Positions 1-8,663 of a stretch of 64,000 nucleotides of DNA are shown here, one piece after another. The notes under the pieces are model-generated. The model did no database searches. It was not told the origin of the DNA and worked only from the letters and a program-made list of their open reading frames with translations. The translations under genes and the position numbers were made by a program. The stretch comes from an uncultured delta proteobacterium. Its GTDB lineage: Bacteria; Desulfobacterota; Desulfobacteria; Desulfobacterales; UBA11574. Positions within the stretch are counted from its first letter, which is position 1; each line of letters starts with the position of its first letter. The stretch lies in the NCBI GenBank assembly GCA_963778575.1, contig CAVZUV010000008.1, positions 86,746 to 150,745 of the forward strand, given 5' to 3'.

Positions 1-465
1 AATTTGTTCATCAAAAAAAAGGGGACACTTTGTTCCCGTGTAGACGCAACCATAACGCTGTTGCCGAGACATTCCTGGCTTTATCTGCCCATTTCAAAAC
101 TGCTTAGAAAATATGATCGCCTTTTCATCACCCTCTACATGAAGAAACCGCCTTCGGAAGAAGCCCATCTGATTGAAAGCAAATACAGCAAATTCATGGG
201 TTCGAAGATCGAAAATGCGCACCTGATGCATCATGAAACCGTCAAATGGGAAACCCTCGATTTTCACCTCTACTACCACAGCTCGGAGATGCGCGAGAAG
301 ATGCGATCCTTTATGAGAACAAATCCTGCCCCGGGCATCATCCGGCACATCGCTCTCGTTCCTGAACAGAAAAAAGGATTTATCTTCATGATTCCAAAGA
401 AGGAGCAGGTCGCACGCTATTTCGCTCCGATTTATCACTGGCTACCCTCGGTTGTAAAAGGATAG
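1..465 (+). CDS. hypothetical protein, 5' end outside window; tandem paralog of 486..1154
   Basis: The frame is open from nt 1. The product aligns by eye to the C-terminal two thirds of the next ORF (TLLPRHSWLYLPISKLLRKYDRLFITLYM vs TLLPRQAPLYMPISKFLMKYDRLFISVYM; IRHIALVPEQKKGFIFM vs IRHIAIVPDQRKGFIFM). No family recognised. Confidence 0.6.
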   Translation, partial: NLFIKKKGTLCSRVDATITLLPRHSWLYLPISKLLRKYDRLFITLYMKKPPSEEAHLIESKYSKFMGSKIENAHLMHHETVKWETLDFHLYYHSSEMREKMRSFMRTNPAPGIIRHIALVPEQKKGFIFMIPKKEQVARYFAPIYHWLPSVVKG

Positions 466-485
466 GCGTCGAAGAAGGAAAGTCA

Positions 486-1154
486 ATGGGAACATTTGGA
501 AGCACCACAATGGTTTCCGTATTGCTCGTGATTATCGCGATCAGCGTTTTTATTGCCTTTTCTTTTCACTCCGGCAGACGAAAAAACAAAGAGATTTGCA
601 CCGTTGTTTTTAACGACCTCGTAAAGGTTTTTAAACCCGACGACCAGACCTTCACCAATATCGGAGGCGCTGTCGGACATCACGGTACTTTCACTTTCAA
701 AGAACGGGGCTCGGTCTCTCGAATCGACGTCACACTCACCCTGCTGCCGCGGCAGGCGCCTTTGTATATGCCCATCTCGAAGTTTTTAATGAAATATGAC
801 CGGCTGTTTATTTCCGTTTATATGAGGTATCCGCCACCCGGTGAAGGTCACATCATCGAAAGGGGATATTCCGGATTTCGAGGACCTGTCATCACCAACA
901 TTTCACGGCTTCGCCGAATGGAATTGAAGTGGGGCGATTTCGCTTTTTTCCTTTATTACGAACAAGACCGAATGCTTGACCATTTCAAGAAACTTGTCGA
1001 ATCCCTCCCGGACTCCGGACCCATCAGACACATTGCCATTGTTCCCGATCAACGAAAGGGATTTATTTTTATGGGGCTTCAACGAGAACCCATTGGAGCA
1101 TACCTGGCGCCGGTTTATGACTGGTTATATCGTGTTTTCGAACCATACGAATAA
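486..1154 (+). CDS. hypothetical membrane-anchored protein, paralog of the upstream ORF
   Basis: 222-aa ORF with an N-terminal hydrophobic helix (VSVLLVIIAISVFIAFSF). Clear paralogy to 1..465. No family recognised. Confidence 0.6.
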   Translation: MGTFGSTTMVSVLLVIIAISVFIAFSFHSGRRKNKEICTVVFNDLVKVFKPDDQTFTNIGGAVGHHGTFTFKERGSVSRIDVTLTLLPRQAPLYMPISKFLMKYDRLFISVYMRYPPPGEGHIIERGYSGFRGPVITNISRLRRMELKWGDFAFFLYYEQDRMLDHFKKLVESLPDSGPIRHIAIVPDQRKGFIFMGLQREPIGAYLAPVYDWLYRVFEPYE

Positions 1155-1209
1155 GACTTTTTTTCTATTCCCTGTCTTGTGCAAGATCCAGATGTCAATT
1201 CCAATCCCT

Positions 1210-1235
1210 TTTACATCCTGTAAAAAATTCTGACA
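1210..1235 (+). promoter_or_regulatory. 26-nt upstream element (putative enhancer/UAS), copy 1
   Basis: TTTACATCCTGTAAAAAATTCTGACA. It has a TTTACA/TGTAAA palindromic core and lies 122 nt upstream of the TGGCAT at 1332. The same element occurs at five other sigma-54 promoters. Confidence 0.7.
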
Positions 1236-1292
1236 CGAACTTTTTTCTTCGCCCAGTGAAGATGTTATCTATAGTTAAAAAAAATAAATATT

Positions 1293-1305
1293 TATCAGTC
1301 TGTTA
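1293..1305 (+). promoter_or_regulatory. IHF-like site at -39 relative to the -24 box
   Basis: TATCAGTCTGTTA compared with the IHF consensus WATCAANNNNTTR. Similar sites sit at the same offset at 14671, 31119 and 23662. Confidence 0.4.
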
Positions 1306-1331
1306 TTTCGAATTGCTCAAAAAATAATGGT

Positions 1332-1346
1332 TGGCATATCTTTTGC
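1332..1346 (+). promoter_or_regulatory. sigma-54 (-24/-12) promoter
   Basis: TGGCAT-ATCTT-TTGC matches TGGCAC-N5-TTGC. It lies 39 nt upstream of the ATG at 1385, which has a GGAGG RBS. Confidence 0.75.
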
Positions 1347-1384
1347 GTTCTTTATGTCAGCATATTCTTTCAAGGAGGTGAAAT

Positions 1385-1681
1385 ATGCCGAAAACCAATT
1401 CAAAACAAAACAATAAACGGAATAGCTGGACGTTTTCACTGGAAGCGTCAGAGGCCAAGGAAGTCTTCTTGATGGGAGATTTCAACAACTGGAGCCCGGG
1501 AAAGCATACCATGCGAAAAGATGAGAATGGAACATGGAAAAAACGGGTGATACTTTCCCCCGGGAACTATGAATACAAGTTTTTGGTAGACGGGCAGTGG
1601 AAGGAAGATCCTCGGAACAACCGGCGATGTCCCAATCGTTTCGGTACCTACAACAGTGTTATCCGTTTGCCCGAAGCTTAA
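1385..1681 (+). CDS. stand-alone glycogen-binding CBM48 (AMPK-beta-like) domain protein
   Basis: 98 aa with [50 protein letters not shown], the typical CBM48/E-set signature. Strong RBS. Paralog at 11238. Confidence 0.85.
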   Translation: MPKTNSKQNNKRNSWTFSLEASEAKEVFLMGDFNNWSPGKHTMRKDENGTWKKRVILSPGNYEYKFLVDGQWKEDPRNNRRCPNRFGTYNSVIRLPEA

Positions 1682-1698
1682 TGTTATGGAAGGAAGAA

Positions 1699-2163
1699 AT
1701 GAAAAGAATTCGAAAAATCATGGCGGCGTATGACTTTTCCGACTATTCGAAAGAAGCCTTGGTATTTGCTGTTGAGTTGGCCGATGAATTAAAAAGCGAT
1801 CTGATGATCGTCAATGTCATCAACCAAAGAGATTTAGAAGCAGTACGGAGAGCGGAAATAGAAAGCATTGGTTTCTCCGCAGACGAATTTATCAAAGACC
1901 GGAAAAAAGATCGATTGGAACAAATCAATCAAACCATCGAAGAAATCTCTGCCAAACACCGTCCTGTGGAGATAATCATCAAGACAGGCGTCCCGTTTCA
2001 TGAGCTGATACAGGCTGCCAAGGATAGCGGCGTCGATCTTGTGGTGATGGGGAGAAAGGGCCGCACCAATCTTGCAGGCATTCTTTTCGGCACAACAGCG
2101 GAAAAGATGTTCCGTCACTGCCCGGTTCCATTGTTAAGTTTGCGCGAGGATATGCACCGATGA
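1699..2163 (+). CDS. universal stress protein (UspA family)
   Basis: The ORF track gives 1597. ATG 1699 ([14 protein letters not shown]) avoids overlap with the CBM48 gene. The C-terminal motif [30 protein letters not shown] is typical of Usp ATP-binding proteins. Confidence 0.8.
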   Translation: MKRIRKIMAAYDFSDYSKEALVFAVELADELKSDLMIVNVINQRDLEAVRRAEIESIGFSADEFIKDRKKDRLEQINQTIEEISAKHRPVEIIIKTGVPFHELIQAAKDSGVDLVVMGRKGRTNLAGILFGTTAEKMFRHCPVPLLSLREDMHR

Positions 2164-2193
2164 CTGATAATCCTTGTCCCATCGTTTATTTAG

Positions 2194-2337
2194 AAGCTAT
2201 CTCAAAATTAGGATTTTCGTTCGAAATCAAGGCGAGACCGAGGATCAACCCGCAGGCATACTCAAGTATGTCGAGGACTTGAGACGAGGGCTCAACGCTG
2301 ATATCGAGCGAAAAGACTTTTTTGAGATGGCTTATAG
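2194..2337. repeat. ~145-nt imperfect palindromic element, copy A (second copy at 14286..14433)
   Basis: The termini AGCTATCTCAAAA and TTTTGAGATGGCT are inverted. The central 60 nt are nearly identical to copy B (GAGGATCAACCCGCAGGCATACTCAAGTATGTCGAGGACTTGAGACGAGGGCTCAACG). It lies between two usp genes. Confidence 0.8.
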
Positions 2338-2373
2338 ATTAACCGGCGGATGTGTTCTTGAAAAGAGGCGAAT

Positions 2374-2820
2374 ATGTATAAAGTGATTTTAGTGCCGTTG
2401 GACGGATCAAAGCGGGCGGAACGGATATTGAAACATGTTGAGGAGTTGGCTCACTGCTTCAATGCCAAGGTCATTTTTCTGCAGGTGGTCACTGCTCCCA
2501 ATCTTGTGGGATATGACGAGAGCGCAATCTTGCTTTACCATCATAACCTGGAACAACTGGCCAAGCAGGCGAAATCTTATTTGGATTCTCTGAAAGGAGA
2601 ATTTCGTGAGAAAGGCATTGAAGCCAAAACTTGCGTTGTCGGCGGTCCGGTTGTGGAGCAGATTATTGACTGCGCTTTAAGAGAACATGCCGATCTCGTC
2701 GCAATGTCCAGCCACGGAAGAACCGGCTTGGCCCGGGCTTTTTACGGGAGCATAACCGCCGGTGTATTGAATCTGATCGATCGGCCGTTGCTCATTATCC
2801 GGTCACGAAGGGATAATTAG
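2374..2820 (+). CDS. universal stress protein (UspA family)
   Basis: MYKVILVPLDGSKRAE ... MSSHGRTGLARAFYGSITAGVLNLIDRPLLII. Close paralog of 17224..17673. Confidence 0.85.
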   Translation: MYKVILVPLDGSKRAERILKHVEELAHCFNAKVIFLQVVTAPNLVGYDESAILLYHHNLEQLAKQAKSYLDSLKGEFREKGIEAKTCVVGGPVVEQIIDCALREHADLVAMSSHGRTGLARAFYGSITAGVLNLIDRPLLIIRSRRDN

Positions 2821-2951
2821 GCAAAAAATGTGTCATTTCGGCCTGTGGCCGAAAATTCAAGCCATCCGCTTTGCGGGTGGTAATAGACTCCTTTATTTTA
2901 TCTTCTATAAAATATAGCTGATTTTCAAATCCGCAAAATTGGGAAATACCG

Positions 2952-5501
2952 GTGAAGCGCATTCTCACATACCAGATTTTTCCTTCTATCCCGAAATCAC
3001 TGGCCTTTTTGGAAGTTTTGTCTCGAAATCTCTGGTGGTGCTGGAAGCAGGATGCCATCACGCTGTTTCGGCGCATTGAACCGCAACTTTGGATAGAATC
3101 CAGAGGAAACCCGATTTACCTTTTGTCCCATGTCAGTCAGAAGCGCTTGGAGGAGCTGGCCGGGGATGACAGTTTTTTGAGCCATCTGCAACGGGTCGAG
3201 GATCGTTTTACAAAACGGGTTATCGATCATGCCGAACTATCCAATTCTCTTTACAAAAAAATGGGACCGGTGGCCTATTTTTCAATGGAATTTGGTGTCA
3301 ATGAAAATATTCCCTTTTTTGCCGGCGGACTGGGTGTCCTTGCCGGAGACCACTTAAAAGCTGCCTCCAACATGGCGTTGCCCCTCGTCGGGATCGGGTT
3401 GCTGTATCGAAAGGGCTATTTCCGTCAATATCTTGATCAAGAGGGATTGCAACAGGAAGAATATCCGGAAATAGAATTTTATTATCTTCCACTGGAGCGC
3501 GCCCGGGATCCCCAGGGCAATGAAATCACAATTTCAATTAATGGGCCTGAAAACGAGATTCACGCGTTTGTCTGGAAAATCCGAGTGGGCCGCACCCCTC
3601 TGTTTTTGCTCGATACCAATCTTCCTGAGAATACTCCGGAGGCCCGGGAAATTACGGCACGCCTTTATGTAGCTGAGCCCAAAATCAGGCTGGCCCAGGA
3701 AATACTGCTCGGCATCGGCGGCATGCGGGCATTGGCGGCTATGGATCTCTTTCCATCCGTTTGTCATATGAATGAAGGGCATTCGGCTTTCTCCGCTCTG
3801 GAACGTCTTGCACTGTTCATGGAGCGTTTTCACGTAGATTTAAAGACTGCCTTGCAAATTATTCCCCGTTGTACAATGTTTACCACTCATACCCCGGTTG
3901 CCGCCGGGCATGATTCTTTCCCCGTCGATTTGGTCAAGCCGTGGATTCGGCCGTTGAAAGATCGCCTGGGAGCCGGTGAAGAAGAAATTTTATCTTGGGG
4001 GCAAACTGAGGGTTTCAATAAAGACGCGCCGTTTTACATGTGTATTCTGGGTCTGCGAATGTCTCAGTATCGTAACGGCGTCAGCCGTCTTCACGACAGA
4101 ACCGCCAGAAAGATGTGGGCCCATCTTTGGCCGGGGTGGCCGGAAGACGAGATCCCGATTTCCCATGTCACCAACGGAATACATGTCTCGACGTTTATTT
4201 CCCAGGAAATCTGGCCGTTGTTTGAACGTTATCTGGGACCGGAATGGTACATGAGTTCACGGCGGCCCGAAAACATTGACCGTATTGACGAGATTTACGA
4301 CGACGAGCTCTGGCGGGCCCATGAGATGAGCCGTTCCCGGTTGATCCGCACCTGCCGAGGACTATTAAAACAACAATACGAAAGACGCAATGCACCCAAG
4401 AGCGTCATCGAAAAAATCGAAGCAGTCCTGAATCCTGAAGTGTTAACCATCGCCTTTGCCCGCAGGTTTGCTGCTTACAAACGGGCGCACCTGCTGCTTG
4501 AGGATCCTGATCGGCTGGCGGCGATTCTCAACAACGAAACCCGTCCGGTGCAGATCATTTTCGCTGGAAAAGCCCACCCCCAGGACAAAAAAGGAAAAGA
4601 AATCATCAAACGTCTGCTTGAATTTATCCGCCGGCCGGAAATTCGTCCGCACGCAGTATTTATTGAGGGTTACGATATGGCACTGGCAAGATCTCTGGTT
4701 CAGGGCGCCGATGTCTGGCTGAGTACTCCCCGCAGACCTTTAGAGGCCTGCGGCACATCCGGGATGAAAGCCGCCGTCAATGGTGTGCTCAATGTCAGTA
4801 TTTTGGATGGATGGTGGTGTGAAGGCTATTCCGAAGAACGGGGATGGCGAATCGGAGGCGGTGAAGAATATGTCGATCATGAATACCAGGATGCCACCGA
4901 GAGTCAGGCTCTGTATAACGTGTTGGAAAATGATGTAATCTCATGCTTTTACGAAGAGAACGAGGGAGAACTTCCAAAGCGCTGGATTCGAATGATGAAA
5001 GCCTCTATGAAAATGGCCATGAAGGATTTTTGCAGCTTGCGAATGGTTGGAGAATATGAACAACGCTTTTATAATCCCATCGTTCACCGGTTGAAAGCAT
5101 TGCTGAATAAAAATGGTCTGGAAGCCCGCAACCTTGCGCTCCAACAAGAACGGATTCAGAGCCTGTGGAAGGACATCCGCATTGGGCTGCCCGTCCAGAC
5201 CCGCAAGGGACCGTTTCGCGTTGGTGATCACTTCGAAGTTACGGTAGAAGTCGATCTGGGAAAACTAAATCCCGAAGAAGTCAGCGTGGAACTTTACAAT
5301 GGGCACATGAAAGCAGTGGATGCACTGGAGGGTATCAGTACGATTCCTATGACCGTCATTGAGCATTTCGGTAATGGAAATTATCGTTACGGTTGCAAGG
5401 TCCCCTGTGGATTGTCCGGACGGTATGGATTTACGGTCAGGGCCATACCCGCAGGTGACGATTTTTTAAAATTTTTGCCGCGATTGATCACCTGGTCTTA
5501 G
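2952..5501 (+). CDS. glgP: alpha-glucan (glycogen) phosphorylase, GT35, DUF3417-type N-terminus
   Basis: 849 aa. Motifs FSMEFGV..PFFAGGLGVLAGDHLKAAS, TTHTPVAAGHD and GTSGMKAAVNGVLNVSILDGWW (PLP-lysine region). GTG start. Confidence 0.9.
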   Translation: MKRILTYQIFPSIPKSLAFLEVLSRNLWWCWKQDAITLFRRIEPQLWIESRGNPIYLLSHVSQKRLEELAGDDSFLSHLQRVEDRFTKRVIDHAELSNSLYKKMGPVAYFSMEFGVNENIPFFAGGLGVLAGDHLKAASNMALPLVGIGLLYRKGYFRQYLDQEGLQQEEYPEIEFYYLPLERARDPQGNEITISINGPENEIHAFVWKIRVGRTPLFLLDTNLPENTPEAREITARLYVAEPKIRLAQEILLGIGGMRALAAMDLFPSVCHMNEGHSAFSALERLALFMERFHVDLKTALQIIPRCTMFTTHTPVAAGHDSFPVDLVKPWIRPLKDRLGAGEEEILSWGQTEGFNKDAPFYMCILGLRMSQYRNGVSRLHDRTARKMWAHLWPGWPEDEIPISHVTNGIHVSTFISQEIWPLFERYLGPEWYMSSRRPENIDRIDEIYDDELWRAHEMSRSRLIRTCRGLLKQQYERRNAPKSVIEKIEAVLNPEVLTIAFARRFAAYKRAHLLLEDPDRLAAILNNETRPVQIIFAGKAHPQDKKGKEIIKRLLEFIRRPEIRPHAVFIEGYDMALARSLVQGADVWLSTPRRPLEACGTSGMKAAVNGVLNVSILDGWWCEGYSEERGWRIGGGEEYVDHEYQDATESQALYNVLENDVISCFYEENEGELPKRWIRMMKASMKMAMKDFCSLRMVGEYEQRFYNPIVHRLKALLNKNGLEARNLALQQERIQSLWKDIRIGLPVQTRKGPFRVGDHFEVTVEVDLGKLNPEEVSVELYNGHMKAVDALEGISTIPMTVIEHFGNGNYRYGCKVPCGLSGRYGFTVRAIPAGDDFLKFLPRLITWS

Positions 5502-5544
5502 CGCAGATCTTTGATGAAGAATGGATCGGGCCGTTATGGTTATA

Positions 5545-5712
5545 TTTTTACATTAACCTTTGAGCCAAAAATAGGAGATAGGAAAGAGCAAAGAGGAAAG
5601 AGAGAAAAAGTTGTTTCAATGTATGGGGGAAATCCCTATCTGGGAGATTTTCCCAGAAAAAATGAATCTTTTCCCTATGGACAAAGCTGACCAGATCGAC
5701 AATAAATAATAG
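5545..5712. repeat. conserved intergenic module, copy 1 (copy 2 at 10783..10946)
   Basis: Shared blocks are TTTT(A)CATTAACCTTTG..CCAAA and TGTATGGGG..ATTTTC.CAGAAAAAATGAATC..CCCTATGGACAAA..TCGA.AATAAAT. Indels between the copies are not multiples of three. Confidence 0.65.
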
Positions 5713-5757
5713 GTTGTTCTAATCAAAATAAAAAAATGACGGATATCAGGGGGTAAA

Positions 5758-6330
5758 ATGGATAAGCTCTATTTTTTAGAGGATATTCTTCAACCCGACC
5801 GCATGGAATTTGCCGGCGAATTTTCTGAATTTGATCATAAATCGGAGGTTGCAAACCCGTCGCTGCTGCTGCAAATGATGGATACAAACACGGTAAAAAA
5901 TACTGAAAAGAGAGCGCACGAACGATTTTGGGCTAAAAAAGATGCTTTTGCGCTGATCCGGCCGGCTGCTGCCGGGCATTTGGACATTGCGGACAGGAGT
6001 ATGGGTCAAATTGCATGTGCCGTATATCGATCGAAACCGGTCAGGTTCGGCAGAATCGTTAACATCAGCATGGGCGGGCTTTTATTTCGTTATATTAACG
6101 GCGAGGAGCAATCCATCCGATTGCCGGTGCTGGACATATTGGTAGCTGATTCGGGCTTTTACCTTGAAAATTTGATGTTTAAAAACATTGACGATATAGA
6201 GATAAATGATGATTTCACGATCAATTCTTTTAAGATGCGGCAGAATCGGGTGAAGTTTGAAGAACTGGGACCTGCCGCAATGATGAAGCTGAAGTTTTTT
6301 GTTGAAAATTACACGGTATCCGGGTCTTAG
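5758..6330 (+). CDS. PilZ domain-containing protein (putative c-di-GMP receptor)
   Basis: RAHERF (RxxxR) followed by GRIVNISMGGLLF (D/NxSxxG), the bipartite PilZ signature. Confidence 0.6.
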   Translation: MDKLYFLEDILQPDRMEFAGEFSEFDHKSEVANPSLLLQMMDTNTVKNTEKRAHERFWAKKDAFALIRPAAAGHLDIADRSMGQIACAVYRSKPVRFGRIVNISMGGLLFRYINGEEQSIRLPVLDILVADSGFYLENLMFKNIDDIEINDDFTINSFKMRQNRVKFEELGPAAMMKLKFFVENYTVSGS

Positions 6331-6466
6331 AAGAAATGTCGCAACCTATCTTAACCATAACACTTCCCAAGGAAGAAAAGGTCAAGAAAAAACAGGTTAA
6401 GATTAACGTTGCGTAATCTGAATGTTATTTCTTTGCATTTACAAAAAAATATGGATATATGAAAAA

Positions 6467-6503
6467 GGCGAGAAATTGAAAATCAGGCATTCTCGCCTTT
6501 TTT
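6467..6503 (+). terminator. rho-independent terminator-like hairpin
   Basis: GGCGAGAA-15 nt loop-TTCTCGCC followed by TTTTTT. An A-run upstream could allow bidirectional use. Confidence 0.6.
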
Positions 6504-6522
6504 ACATGGATAAAATAATTTA

Positions 6523-8172
6523 ATGCACCATTTGAAAAAATTGTCCCCTCTTGTCGCGTTTTTGATTTTCGGCAGTATTGCGGTGTTGCTGTGGCAAAAT
6601 CAAAATAGCTACGAACGAGAGCTTGTCCTCCGGCATACGGAAACTTCTTCGAGGCAGATAAGGACTCGTATTGAAGGTTTGATGAATGCTCGCATGGCTT
6701 CACTGGAATTACTGGCGGAAAGATGGGTTGAGAGGGTTCCGCCGGATTTCAGCCAGACGCGTTTTATTGACTTTGCCCAGGTGTTTTATTCCCATCACCC
6801 CGGTTTTATGGGAATCAACTGGATTGATCCTGCGGGCGTCGTTCGATGGGTTTATCCTAGAAATAGCAATGAAAGCGTCATCGATAAGCCGATCTTTAAA
6901 CCTCAGGATCCCCATTTTGGCAAAAAATTTCAAATACTCCACTCCAGACAAAATATCGTAACCCCTTGTATGAAGTTGATTCAGGGAGGACTCGGTTACA
7001 ACACATTTTTGCCGCTCGTCTATTCCGGCAGGATTCAAGGTTATCTGAACGGTGTATTCCGGGTTAAAGGCATTGTGGATATCAGCCTGGCCAAGGACAT
7101 CTCCAACGAATTTTGGGTACGTCTGTACGAAGAGGATCGACTGATTTACACCAATGACATTCAAAGCGACGACAATCCGGAAAAAAATGGATTGCGAATG
7201 CTTCGGGAGATTCGGTTTCCCGGCAAAGTCTGGAAGCTGGATCTTGTTCCAAAGGCCCTCATTTATCCGTCCGGCGCGGGTTGGCATGTTTCCTTTCTCG
7301 TTTTTGGGCTTATAATCTCGGCATTGCTCTCATTGCTCCTTCATCTTCTTCTCGAGCGGATGCAAATGTACCGGCAAGCCAGGGATCAGGCGCTTCAAGA
7401 GATCAGTGAACGGAAACGCACGGAAACGGCATTAAAGGAAAATGAAAAAAAGTTGGAAACCGCGCTCGCCGAACTCGAAGACAAAAATACAGAACTGGAA
7501 ACCTTCGTGTATACGGTTTCCCACGATTTAAAAACCCCTATCGTCACCATCGAGGGATTTATTGGCGCCCTTCGGGAGGATTTTGGAGACCGGATCGATG
7601 AAAATGCTGAAAAATACCTGAATTACATGAGTGATGCTTCCCGGAACATGGAACTGCTGATCACCGACTTGCTGTATCTTTCCCGCATCGGGCGGTTGCC
7701 GGAAAGAAAAACGGAATTCGCCTTTGACGATCTCATGGAAAAAGTTCTAAATACGCTCCAACGTCAAATTAAGAAAAGCGGCGTCACATTAAATGTTGAA
7801 AAAGGTTTTCCCCTGATTTATGGTGAAATGGAACGATTGTGCCAGGTGATGGAGAACCTGTTGTCCAACGCCATTAAATACATCGGAAAGGAGAATCCTT
7901 CTCCCAGGATCGATGTGGGGGCAATGGATCAGAACGGCCGCAAGGTATTCTTTGTCCGGGACAACGGTATCGGTATTGAAAAAAGATATCATCAAAAGAT
8001 TTTCGAAATCTTTCAACGACTCCCGGCTGCAAAAAAATCCGCAGAGGGGACAGGCGTCGGGATGACCATCGTAAAGCGGATTATTGAACATCATGGCGGC
8101 GACATCTGGCTGGAATCCGAGCCGGGGAAAGGGACCGCGTTTTTTTTCACCCTCAAAGGGAAGGAGGCATGA
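6523..8172 (+). CDS. sensor histidine kinase with periplasmic sensor domain and coiled coil
   Basis: Two TM segments flank a ~230-aa extracytoplasmic region. H-box VSHDLKTPI. N and G boxes NLLSNAIKY, DNGIGI, GTGVGMTIVKRIIEHHGG. Confidence 0.9.
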   Translation: MHHLKKLSPLVAFLIFGSIAVLLWQNQNSYERELVLRHTETSSRQIRTRIEGLMNARMASLELLAERWVERVPPDFSQTRFIDFAQVFYSHHPGFMGINWIDPAGVVRWVYPRNSNESVIDKPIFKPQDPHFGKKFQILHSRQNIVTPCMKLIQGGLGYNTFLPLVYSGRIQGYLNGVFRVKGIVDISLAKDISNEFWVRLYEEDRLIYTNDIQSDDNPEKNGLRMLREIRFPGKVWKLDLVPKALIYPSGAGWHVSFLVFGLIISALLSLLLHLLLERMQMYRQARDQALQEISERKRTETALKENEKKLETALAELEDKNTELETFVYTVSHDLKTPIVTIEGFIGALREDFGDRIDENAEKYLNYMSDASRNMELLITDLLYLSRIGRLPERKTEFAFDDLMEKVLNTLQRQIKKSGVTLNVEKGFPLIYGEMERLCQVMENLLSNAIKYIGKENPSPRIDVGAMDQNGRKVFFVRDNGIGIEKRYHQKIFEIFQRLPAAKKSAEGTGVGMTIVKRIIEHHGGDIWLESEPGKGTAFFFTLKGKEA

Positions 8173-8176
8173 ATCC

Positions 8177-8626
8177 ATGGATTACGAACCCTTGGATATA
8201 TTGCTTGTGGAAGATGAGCCGGCCCATGCGGAACTTACCAGGCGCGCAATTCGAAAAGCCGGAAACGCCAACCGGGTCTTCACTGTATCTGATGGCGAGG
8301 AAGCCTTAGACTATCTTTACCATAGTGGGAAATATGAAGATAACGTCAAATATCCCTTGCCCGGGTTGATTTTATTGGATATCAAGCTGCCCGGTATCGA
8401 CGGCATTGAGATTTTAAAGACGATCAAGGAAGATGCATTGCTGAAACGAATTCCGGTGATCATGCTGACCACGTCGGAACGGGAAGAGGATATTGCCCGA
8501 TCCTATAATCATTATGCCAACAGCTACCTGACCAAACCTGTCGGGTTCAAGGAATTTGAGGAAAAAATCATGCAAATTGAGTTTTACTGGATGATTCTCA
8601 ATAAGCCGCCTGTCTTAACAGAATAA
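8177..8626 (+). CDS. single-domain response regulator (receiver)
   Basis: ATG 8177 lies 5 nt after the kinase stop and has a GGAGG RBS. ILLVEDE ... LILLDIKLPGIDG ... LTKP. Confidence 0.9.
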   Translation: MDYEPLDILLVEDEPAHAELTRRAIRKAGNANRVFTVSDGEEALDYLYHSGKYEDNVKYPLPGLILLDIKLPGIDGIEILKTIKEDALLKRIPVIMLTTSEREEDIARSYNHYANSYLTKPVGFKEFEEKIMQIEFYWMILNKPPVLTE

Positions 8627-8663
8627 ATTTGTTTTACGCGCCCGAAGGAAAATTTTAGGAGTT

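Noticed and set aside
2174-2386. 70-aa ORF, and its look-alike 81-aa ORF at 14198..14443, with near-identical peptide segments (EDQPAGILKYVEDLRRGLN)
   Set aside because: Both are read-throughs of the ~145-nt palindromic DNA repeat. Similarity starts and ends with the repeat, there is no RBS, and the inverted-repeat symmetry explains the conservation better than coding does.
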